Below are positions 1-7,229 of a DNA stretch of 64,000 nt, in pieces. The DNA comes from a virus (Duplodnaviria; Caudoviricetes): IMG/VR virus record IMGVR_UViG_3300037067_016568, positions 32,001-96,000 of that record, one strand, 5' to 3'. Under the pieces are notes generated by a model. It was not told the origin of the DNA. It made no database searches and saw only the letters and a program-made list of their open reading frames with translations. The position numbers were made by a program, and so were the translations under genes. Position 1 is the first letter of the stretch. Every line of letters starts with the position of its first letter.

Positions 1-23
1 GCGGCGCGACCGGCGATGCCAAC

Positions 24-255
24 CCTGTAGTTACCTGGGAACGAACGCTATTCTCCATTCTATTCCGACCACTCCAGATGCAAGTTCTCCTGTAGTTACC
101 TGGGAACGAACGCTATTCTCCATTGATGCCGACCATTCGCTTTCGCAAGAGAACCTGTAGTTACCTGGGAACGAACGCTATTCTCCATTGCCGCTCATCA
201 GGGATGATGTTTTTGGGTACCTGTAGTTACCTGGGAACGAACGCTATTCTCCATT
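24..255 (-). CRISPR. CRISPR array 1: 4 identical 36-nt repeats, 3 full spacers of 29-30 nt; probably continues left of the window
   Basis: cctgtagttacctgggaacgaacgctattctccatt at 24-59, 89-124, 154-189, 220-255 with unique spacers. Minus orientation inferred from anti-repeat G-U wobbles, promoter motifs and gene direction. Confidence 0.95.
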
Positions 256-281
256 ACGCTATTAGGTGGTTCCCGGCACCT
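256..281 (-). promoter_or_regulatory. Conserved array-leader hairpin element (copy 1)
   Basis: taggtggttcccggcacct is identical at 263-281 and 1814-1832; stem AGGTG/CACCT; abuts the first repeat. Confidence 0.6.
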
Positions 282-807
282 TATCTTTCTGCACAGCCTC
301 GGTAGCGATGGCGTATTGCAGCTTAACATAACTCGAAGCTAATATCAGAAGCGTGTTGAGGTTAACGGTGATTTTCTCCTTGGGGCACTCTAAGTGCACC
401 AGTATCTCATCATTAACCTTTCGGCCTTTTATCTCAACCGCCCCAATTTCATTATTCAAAACCTTGCCGTTGATCCAAGCGGTGACACCATGACCGCTTG
501 GATCAGCCCAATCGTCCGACAGGCCAGCAGCCGCCATGAAAGCCAAAAGGCTTTTGCCCTCTGGCGATCGTGCCAAACTAGAAGACATTCCAGAGGTCTT
601 TGGAAGCCTTATTGTTATATCTCGCTCCACAGGCGTTTCGTCGTCTTCGAATTTGACAACCCACACTTCTGACGGCGGATTCGATGTATGACAAAGACGA
701 ACTAACGACACAAGTTGTGCCTTGCCTTCGAGTTCTAGATGTTCACTGGGAGTCTGTTGCTTCTTGTAGACGGAGCACCAATCTCCACGCCTCAAAACTG
801 ATTTCAC
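262..807 (-). CDS. Hypothetical protein (181 aa); stop codon lies in the array 1 leader
   Basis: ORF with GTG start, G-rich SD-like sequence and a promoter-like motif at 873-886. Confidence 0.7.
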   Translation of the reverse strand: MKSVLRRGDWCSVYKKQQTPSEHLELEGKAQLVSLVRLCHTSNPPSEVWVVKFEDDETPVERDITIRLPKTSGMSSSLARSPEGKSLLAFMAAAGLSDDWADPSGHGVTAWINGKVLNNEIGAVEIKGRKVNDEILVHLECPKEKITVNLNTLLILASSYVKLQYAIATEAVQKDKVPGTT

Positions 808-894
808 TTTACTAGTCCCCCCTGTAGTCCTGTCCCTGAATCTCGCAATTAAATCTCTGCGCTGTGATACCTTTTTATAGCTCGACGGATGTGG

Positions 895-1440
895 TTAATT
901 AGCTTCGAGTTCGGCAATCCGTGTTTGAAGTTCGGCAATCCGTGTTTGAAGTTCGGCAATTCGTGCTCGAAGCGCCTCATTCTCCGCTTCCAGGGTCTTA
1001 ATACGCGCCAAAAGCTGGTCCTGGACCGCCTGCATTGACGCCTTGATTTTGCGAGCTTCCTTATATGGATCAGCTGGCTTGGCCCGGCGACGACTACGTG
1101 GGGCGTCGGATTTCGTTTTGGCGAGCATGCCGTTATACATGTCGCGAAGCTTACCATTCTTCCATTGATATTCTTCCGGATAGTGCTTGAGCATCATCCG
1201 TAATTCGGAGAAGGTCAAGCAAAGGTCGATGACATACTCATCCAAGATGGCCAAGAGTTTGTTGTTGTCCAAGATCTCATTGTCGGCCCGAAAATCTGGA
1301 TCTTCATAGACGCTGTTCAGCAGAGTTGTCCGCCGATAGGCGTTGTGGCCGCTTGACTGCTGTAGCTTCCGGACTTGCTGTAAGAGCTTCTTGTACTGCT
1401 TTTCGCAGCGTGGCTGGGTTGGTGTGGTCGACCTCATCAA
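895..1440 (-). CDS. Hypothetical protein with C-terminal coiled coil
   Basis: AAGGAG RBS upstream; heptad repeat RIAELQT at the C-terminus. Confidence 0.8.
   Translation of the reverse strand: MMRSTTPTQPRCEKQYKKLLQQVRKLQQSSGHNAYRRTTLLNSVYEDPDFRADNEILDNNKLLAILDEYVIDLCLTFSELRMMLKHYPEEYQWKNGKLRDMYNGMLAKTKSDAPRSRRRAKPADPYKEARKIKASMQAVQDQLLARIKTLEAENEALRARIAELQTRIAELQTRIAELEAN
909..965. repeat. 21-nt tandem repeat (about 2.7 copies) encoding the heptad RIAELQT
   Basis: gttcggcaatccgtgtttgaa at 909-929 and 930-950, partial copy from 951. Confidence 0.9.
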
Positions 1441-1560
1441 TAGTTCTCCTTAGTCTTTTATGAAAAGCTGATAGTTGCGCACATTGACGACAACAAAATT
1501 TCTTGTTGCCGTTCAATGGCGTCTTACATATTGGACATTCCCCCTGTCCTGTAGTCCTGG

Positions 1561-1806
1561 CCTGTAGTCCTGTAGTTACCTGGGAACGAACGCTATTCTC
1601 CATTTTCGGCATCGGTGATCTCCCTGTAGTCCTGTAGTTACCTGGGAACGAACGCTATTCTCCATTTGCGGTTCTGTTCAGCGAGGAGGCTGTGGCCCTG
1701 TAGTCCTGTAGTTACCTGGGAACGAACGCTATTCTCTATTGCGACGTGCCATTACCGAATGCGATCTATGCCTGTAGTTACCTGGGAACAAACGTAATCC
1801 CACATT
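1561..1806 (-). CRISPR. CRISPR array 2: 4 repeats, 3 spacers; three repeats carry an extra 8-nt cctgtagt duplication
   Basis: Repeats at 1569-1604, 1631-1666, 1705-1740 (one mismatch) and 1771-1806 (degenerate); cctgtagt at 1561, 1623, 1697; unique spacers of 18, 30 and 30 nt. Confidence 0.93.
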
Positions 1807-1832
1807 TCGCTTTTAGGTGGTTCCCGGCACCT
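1807..1832 (-). promoter_or_regulatory. Conserved array-leader hairpin element (copy 2)
   Basis: Same 19-nt core as 263-281, at the same distance from the repeat. Confidence 0.6.
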
Positions 1833-1844
1833 AAATATGTCCCC

Positions 1845-2147
1845 TTAGTCCGGCAGCCTGAAAATATTAACCCATCTTCCATAGATTTTTGTTTTGCGCT
1901 TCACCAATTCGCCCGGCGTTCTGGCTAACGCCGCCATCACGCGATCTGATGTTTTCGTACATTCGTGCGGCCATCCTAGACGTTCAGCTATTAGATGTAA
2001 CAGCCCCTCATCACCAAACATGACAGCTGGGTTGTCTGTTTCTCTCAACACTTCAACGGCAGCATCGCATACTCGCATTATAGCTATGTATTCTGTAGTC
2101 GTATCCCAAATGGCGGTGTCAATTGATGAAAAAGAATATAAATGCAA
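1845..2147 (-). CDS. Hypothetical protein (start uncertain)
   Basis: ORF co-oriented with neighbours, ending just before the array 2 leader. Confidence 0.55.
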   Translation of the reverse strand: MHLYSFSSIDTAIWDTTTEYIAIMRVCDAAVEVLRETDNPAVMFGDEGLLHLIAERLGWPHECTKTSDRVMAALARTPGELVKRKTKIYGRWVNIFRLPD

Positions 2148-2171
2148 AATATTTCTGCTGCAAATGTCAAG

Positions 2172-2384
2172 CTAAATAATACAAGTGATAGAAACGTCGA
2201 ATGCGATTGATATAGTCAAGCAGATCCAAAAAGCCAGCATGCTACAAGCAATTGGCGTAAGGGGACATAACGTTTCAGCTAGTGCAAATGGCTTTATCTG
2301 GAATAGCACATACCAAATATTGCCGATAATCGGAGCAACAAATGGCGGAATAAGCAACCAGATTAATTTGTCTATCTTGCTCAT
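2172..2384 (-). CDS. Small membrane protein (2 predicted TM segments)
   Basis: Two hydrophobic stretches; TGTATAAT-like -10 box upstream (about 2394-2402). Confidence 0.55.
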   Translation of the reverse strand: MSKIDKLIWLLIPPFVAPIIGNIWYVLFQIKPFALAETLCPLTPIACSMLAFWICLTISIAFDVSITCII

Positions 2385-2457
2385 CTATATCACTATTATA
2401 CATCACTAAGAAGAAGCTGTCAAGCTCCCATCTGGCTACCCCGCATTCCGCCATGGA

Positions 2458-3600
2458 TTATCTGTTGATTGTTACGTCGATATCGATCTTATTACATGCC
2501 CGTTGGATCAACGATTGCATTTGTCGCCAATCCCATCGAGTCGTTTCAGTGTTGCCAATGCGTCCTGCATATTCTAAATAGTAATCCGCAGGAGGAGCAA
2601 AGATAACAAGATGACCGATGCCATTTGTTGCCAGTAATCTTGTCACATCATTGGCAAGGTGGGTGCTCCAGGTTTTGATGAAATCACGCCACCGCCGCTC
2701 ATATTTCGCCTTGTCTGCAGCCGAAATATATTTCCTGGTCTTCTTACTCTCTTGAATATCCAAGGTATTTCGCGTGTGTTCAACATCCTCGCCGCGACGA
2801 AGGCGGAATATGGTTTTACCATTGAATCGGAAGGAGAATGGGCGACGTTGCGCCGCTAACAGAAATGCCGTCTTATTCTTGTCAAGCGGTACTTTCACCT
2901 TGGGAATAGAATGGCAAGGATAAGCAATTAATCTACCGTCGCGTTCCTTCAAGTCGAGTCCCTTTAAATCCCATTCACCCGCTGCAATTTTCCACAGCAT
3001 ATCGCGGACAGAATGTAGCCTATAGCTTTTGGTCTTAATGATGAATGTCATCAAACCATAGCCGTCGACGTTGACCTCAAGCTTCCAATCTTCATTCTTG
3101 CTCTGCGGAACGATGATTCGGCAGTCACGTTTATGAAACGGAATGCTACTTCGTTGAGACGACTGTAGGAGACCTCCTCGGCCCAAAAGGACTGTTATCC
3201 AGCGAGGATAAGCCGACTTATACCCATGTTTCTGCAGTATTCTCAACGCTTTCTCGGTTGCTAGCTTACAGTGCTTGTTCATCGAGGGATATGTAGCAGA
3301 CATGATTTCGTCAAGCTGCTGAGCCATTTCGGTACTGCATGGATCGACAGGGCACCGCGTACGGGGGCCAACGCGAGTCTCAGGCTCGTAAAGCCAGCGG
3401 CGATCTTGTTCTGCCCATTCACGAACGAGAAGATGATTGCCAGCTTCAAAATGAATTCGCAACCATGCTGACATAAAATCGTTGACGATTCTCTGAATAT
3501 CAGAAGCAAGAGTGCCGATGTACTTTTTGTGTGACTTATAGTCATCGTCACCGCCAAGTAAACTGATTCGCTTGTTCTTAACAACTCGAAAGTCGGCCAT
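2458..3600 (-). CDS. Cas12f/TnpB-like protein B, predicted nuclease-dead and C-terminally truncated (380 aa)
   Basis: Paralog of 3735-5096. RuvC-I position reads TAFLLAA (no Asp), RuvC-II reads LVIFAPP (no Glu). W-D-W-x-x-MQ helix then IDVTINR-stop; no Zn finger or RuvC-III; adjacent to CRISPR arrays. Confidence 0.75.
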   Translation of the reverse strand: MADFRVVKNKRISLLGGDDDYKSHKKYIGTLASDIQRIVNDFMSAWLRIHFEAGNHLLVREWAEQDRRWLYEPETRVGPRTRCPVDPCSTEMAQQLDEIMSATYPSMNKHCKLATEKALRILQKHGYKSAYPRWITVLLGRGGLLQSSQRSSIPFHKRDCRIIVPQSKNEDWKLEVNVDGYGLMTFIIKTKSYRLHSVRDMLWKIAAGEWDLKGLDLKERDGRLIAYPCHSIPKVKVPLDKNKTAFLLAAQRRPFSFRFNGKTIFRLRRGEDVEHTRNTLDIQESKKTRKYISAADKAKYERRWRDFIKTWSTHLANDVTRLLATNGIGHLVIFAPPADYYLEYAGRIGNTETTRWDWRQMQSLIQRACNKIDIDVTINR

Positions 3601-3613
3601 ATCGTCCTCTGTA

Positions 3614-3710
3614 GGTTAAAAAAGGTAACTCTGGCGAGAGCTAACACGGTACGGAATGCCCGCAGCTATTCTCGCCTTCGAGACGTACAGGACGCCTCAA
3701 TTAGTGATTC
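3614..3710 (-). ncRNA. Putative tracr/scout-like RNA, copy 1
   Basis: 74 nt (3625-3698) identical to 5575-5648. Hairpin GAGGCGU-CCUGU-ACGUCUC, second stem GGCGAG/CUCGCC, 3' AGUUACCU then U-tract; complementary to repeat 3' end; TGCTATAA box at about 3718-3726. Confidence 0.75.
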
Positions 3711-3734
3711 TGCAAACTTATAGCACAAAAACAA

Positions 3735-5096
3735 TTATCGATTAACTTCTTTTTTACGGGGCTTACCTCCTTGCCTAGCGATTACTTTCATCCCGGCTGC
3801 TGCTCCAACCGCTTCCAACTGCTGCTGCATGTGGTACCAATCCCAGGCCGTCGATTCATTACGGCCAATTTTTCCGACATTAGAGAGATAACGAGTATCT
3901 CGCCATTTACCGGTTGGCTGATATGTTACCAGTTGACCAACGCCCGCTTTAACACAGCGACCTATAACCTCTGCGGCCCAAGTGTTGTTGAAGGTTTTGG
4001 TCTGATTACGCCAATTGCGTTCCGACTTTCGCCGCCAGTTATGGACTTTACGACCATGGTTTTTACGCGCACTAGATGCATATTTGTACGATTCGCTTTT
4101 ACCGAACCGTTGAAGCGTCAAAGAACGACGAGCATGTTTAATGTGCCTGCAGCTTCGCAGTTTCATATGTGTCTTACCATCAATGCGAAGCATCACGCCA
4201 TGATATCGACCACCTGATACGACAGCCGTTTTCTTGCTATCAGAGGGGGCAACCACACCGGGCATCAAATAGCAGATATCCGCATACCACTTGCCGGTGT
4301 TTTCACACTTAATGATCTGCGAAGTGCCGAAAATGTATTCGCCAGACGTAATTTTCCACAACACCTTGCGAATAGGTGCTAAATGACGCCCGCCAGTCCG
4401 AAGTTTGAAAACCATGGGGCGTAGAGTTCTTTGGCCATCTACTTTTTCGTAACGAACAATCAACTTCCAAGGGTCATTATTACTTTTAGGGACGACGAAG
4501 TTGCTGTTAGCGGTGTAGAATGGAACCGGTTGTGGTCTGGAAAATTGTGAATATTCTCCATATCCACATAGGATCATAAACCAGCGCTTATATTTAGACT
4601 TCGTGGCCGGTGTGGAGAGGAGCGTACTACTAAGCCGCCTAGAAACAATACCAATCGGTTTAGTCCCTAAATTGCAGTGTTGAGTAGTCAGGCGTTTATA
4701 GATCTCATTCGCCATCTTGTTAGAATATGGCTGAACGGGGCATTTTGCACGTGGAGGGATTTTCACGTCGAAAGAGGGGAGTAACTCCTTCTTTCCTTTT
4801 CGCTTCTGAGCTTTCTGAGCCTTGTCCAATTCGCCGTATTTCTGTGCCCATTCCTTATCTTCTTGTATCCATTTACGAAGAGCAGTGGGAGAGCCAGCTT
4901 CAAGATGCAAGCTAAACCACTGACTATGAAAATCATTTGCGATTTGCTGCATTTGAAGCGATATCTTGGCGAGACGTTCTTTTTCCTCTGCAAAGCCGTC
5001 GTCAATACCACATAGCTGGACGCGAATAATCTTCGTAAGTCCTTCTGGCTTCTTTTTACGTGGTTTCTTTTCTGCCGGTTTCTTCAATTTACTCAC
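3735..5096 (-). CDS. Cas12f/TnpB-like protein A, predicted nuclease-dead and C-terminally truncated (453 aa)
   Basis: Basic protein with TKIIRVQL WED-like start and KWYADICY strand. RuvC-I reads TAVVSGG (no Asp); Arg/Lys-rich bridge helix; RuvC-II reads LVTYQP (no Glu); WDWYHMQQQLE..GMKV then ends; AGGAG RBS. Confidence 0.8.
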   Translation of the reverse strand: MSKLKKPAEKKPRKKKPEGLTKIIRVQLCGIDDGFAEEKERLAKISLQMQQIANDFHSQWFSLHLEAGSPTALRKWIQEDKEWAQKYGELDKAQKAQKRKGKKELLPSFDVKIPPRAKCPVQPYSNKMANEIYKRLTTQHCNLGTKPIGIVSRRLSSTLLSTPATKSKYKRWFMILCGYGEYSQFSRPQPVPFYTANSNFVVPKSNNDPWKLIVRYEKVDGQRTLRPMVFKLRTGGRHLAPIRKVLWKITSGEYIFGTSQIIKCENTGKWYADICYLMPGVVAPSDSKKTAVVSGGRYHGVMLRIDGKTHMKLRSCRHIKHARRSLTLQRFGKSESYKYASSARKNHGRKVHNWRRKSERNWRNQTKTFNNTWAAEVIGRCVKAGVGQLVTYQPTGKWRDTRYLSNVGKIGRNESTAWDWYHMQQQLEAVGAAAGMKVIARQGGKPRKKEVNR

Positions 5097-5135
5097 TATA
5101 GTCTCCTACACAAAATAAGCGGCTTTATTCAGGGG

Positions 5136-5552
5136 CCTGTAGTCCTGTAGTCACCTGGGAACGAACGCTATTCAACATTCACATCGGGCTTGTAGTCAAG
5201 CCTGTAGTTACCTGGGAACGAACGCTATTCAACATTATTGAGACAACTTAATCAATGATGTCCTGTAGTCACCTGGGAACGAACGCTATTCAACATTTAA
5301 AACTGTCCCGTCCCGTTTTGATATAGCCTGTAGTCACCTGGGAACGAACGCTATTCAACATTTCAGAAGCTGTGAAAGCTTCATCTTGGCACGCCTGTAG
5401 TTACCTGGGAACGAACGCTATTCAACATTCCTCGGCGATTTCGTCGGCTGTAATTGGCACCTGTAGTCACCTGGGAACGAACGCTATTCAACATTTCCCT
5501 TCGTCGTGATAATCAGCCTGTAGTCACCTGGGAACGAACGCTATTCAACATT
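5136..5552 (-). CRISPR. CRISPR array 3: 7 repeats of a variant type (…tattcaacatt; gtcacc or gttacc), 6 spacers of 21-31 nt
   Basis: Repeats start at 5144, 5201, 5262, 5327, 5394, 5460, 5517; extra cctgtagt at 5136-5143. Confidence 0.96.
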
Positions 5553-5564
5553 ACGCTAACGGGT

Positions 5565-5660
5565 GGTTAAAAAAGTAACTCTGGCGAGAGCTAACACGGT
5601 ACGGAATGCCCGCAGCTATTCTCGCCTTCGAGACGTACAGGACGCCTCTATTTGGTGATC
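5565..5660 (-). ncRNA. Putative tracr/scout-like RNA, copy 2, directly upstream of array 3
   Basis: Duplicate of 3614-3698; 3' tail reads AGUUACUU (G-U wobble variant). Confidence 0.75.
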
Positions 5661-5727
5661 ATAGTTTATCTGGACTGTTTTAGCATCACATTAATAGGTA
5701 GTTAACTTCGATTAATCTCTTGTGAAG

Positions 5728-5914
5728 CCTGTAGTCCTGTAGTTACCTGGGAACGAACGCTATTCTCCATTTCGTCTCCATTTACATTTTGAACGAACGC
5801 TATTCTCCATTGACGCTAAGGGCCACGTTATCGGAGCACCTGTAGTTACCTGGGAACGAACGCTATTCTCCATTCGGCTGTTATGAAAAGATATTGCAGA
5901 TCCTCCTGTAGTTA
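5728..5914 (-). CRISPR. CRISPR array 4: 2 full and 2 partial repeats, 3 spacers
   Basis: Full repeats 5736-5771 and 5839-5874; partial repeats 5791-5811 and 5905-5914; extra cctgtagt at 5728-5735. Confidence 0.88.
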
Positions 5915-5995
5915 TTCACGAAGAAGTGTCATCTCGGATTTCTTTGATTTTTATTCATATGTGCTCTGATATAATCCTTTAGCACGCTGGTAGTT

Positions 5996-6054
5996 TTTTA
6001 TAGCACGACGCTGGTATTAATTAATTAAATAGCCATATTTGTCGTGCTATAAAA
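5996..6054. promoter_or_regulatory. 14-bp inverted repeat, probable divergent promoter boxes (GTCGTGCTATAAAA)
   Basis: ttttatagcacgac 5996-6009 and gtcgtgctataaaa 6041-6054 at the strand switch; resembles an extended -10; near copy at 873-886. Confidence 0.65.
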
Positions 6055-6070
6055 GGGTAGAGGTTTAAAA

Positions 6071-6781
6071 ATGAAGCTAAGCAAACGGTACATCTACCCA
6101 CCACGTCCAAAAGACGCAATCCCTTTTAGTCAGATTGGGATGTATAATCAATACGGGTGGAAAGCCCAAACGAAATTCAACGATAAACGCACCGAAATCG
6201 CAATCGATGCAAACACTGTCGAGATATTTAACCGCCACAAAGGACAACACAAGACATTCGTGTTGTCCGATTCTCTGCGAGATGAGATCATCGTTGTTTG
6301 TCGTGACATTTTCGGATTGGATGTATCACAATGGTCATACCTCGATGGGGGGTTGCTTGATGGAAAGAGCAAGCACATCGAAGGGATGGTCGTCATCTGG
6401 GACATCCTAGTCCGTGAGGGCGATTGGCTCGTCGGCAGCACTTATCAAGAGCGATATGAATGGCTACTAACCAAAGCGGAGGCCGCTGGCGGCGAACCGT
6501 TCATCGTCATCATAAATGGTCAAGAGTTTGACTTCGGCATCAGACTCAGCGAACACATTTTTATGCCGCGATTCTGGGAAGACTTCGAATCTTGCTGGCA
6601 ATTTACGCAAGAAGTCAACAAAGCTGCCGGATGGAGCATGGAGAATGGTGGTGAGCCCGTATTAGAAGGGATTGTTATGAAAGATCCTCAGGGAGTCTTA
6701 AAACCTGATAACGGGAAAGAAAAGAATAATACTGAATGGTCTGCTAGAAGCCGAGTTAGAACTGGCCGTCATCATTTCTGA
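6071..6781 (+). CDS. ATP-dependent ligase / capping-enzyme-type nucleotidyltransferase domain protein
   Basis: Motif I-like KFNDKR, III LDGGLL, IIIa WDIL, IV EGIVMK; no OB domain. Confidence 0.7.
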   Translation: MKLSKRYIYPPRPKDAIPFSQIGMYNQYGWKAQTKFNDKRTEIAIDANTVEIFNRHKGQHKTFVLSDSLRDEIIVVCRDIFGLDVSQWSYLDGGLLDGKSKHIEGMVVIWDILVREGDWLVGSTYQERYEWLLTKAEAAGGEPFIVIINGQEFDFGIRLSEHIFMPRFWEDFESCWQFTQEVNKAAGWSMENGGEPVLEGIVMKDPQGVLKPDNGKEKNNTEWSARSRVRTGRHHF

Positions 6782-6791
6782 GAGGTATGAT

Positions 6792-6971
6792 GTGACACAT
6801 AAAGAGATAAAGGTCGGGCAAGAGTATGATTTCATCGATCAGCCTGTGAGAATCGTCGAAATTCTCTACTTCACAGACAACGGAAAGAAGAATGCTGAAA
6901 CGGCTATAGCGGCTACCCGATTTGGCGGCACAGTAGAAGTGCCGATTGCAGCCCTGCAGAGACGGCAGTAA
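6792..6971 (+). CDS. Small hypothetical protein (59 aa, below the ORF-track cutoff)
   Basis: GAGG RBS, GTG start, open to TAA, fills the operon gap. Confidence 0.55.
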   Translation: MTHKEIKVGQEYDFIDQPVRIVEILYFTDNGKKNAETAIAATRFGGTVEVPIAALQRRQ

Positions 6972-7016
6972 GCAGAAATCTGAGAACTTTCGCTCTTTTA
7001 GATTTGGATCTTATTA

Positions 7017-7229
7017 ATGCCACAACCGACACTTGAAATAACGCCATTGGGAGCAGCCCTGGTTGAAGCCATGCCAGATCGAAAGAAGATGGCTCACGTC
7101 CGTAAGCTGTTCAAACAAAAGAAATGCCCAGATTCTGAATTGTTTTCGGTCGAAGAAGTAGAGCATTGGTATTTCGATCGCGGTCAGAAAATAAAGGGCA
7201 TTGAACGTAGAGGAAGCATCAATGGATAA
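7017..7229 (+). CDS. Hypothetical protein
   Basis: ORF co-oriented with neighbours, overlapping the next start. Confidence 0.5.
   Translation: MPQPTLEITPLGAALVEAMPDRKKMAHVRKLFKQKKCPDSELFSVEEVEHWYFDRGQKIKGIERRGSING

Noticed and set aside
126-136. Spacer segment atgccgaccat matches the start of the gene at 27506
   Set aside because: Only 11 nt and at the guide-distal end, so compatible with chance. I saw no full-length self-target by eye, but this needs a computed search
123-305. 60-aa plus-strand ORF with repeated TCSYLGTNAILH (also 1746-1928)
   Set aside because: Translation of CRISPR repeats on the non-coding strand
849-1157. Alternative-frame ORF with HGLPNFK repeats
   Set aside because: Frame shadow of the 21-nt coiled-coil repeat in 895-1440
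2458-5096. Calling these IS200/IS605 TnpB transposon genes or active Cas12j/Cas12f nucleases
   Set aside because: No tnpA or IS ends seen; catalytic acidic residues and the C-terminal Zn finger/RuvC-III are missing; context is CRISPR arrays
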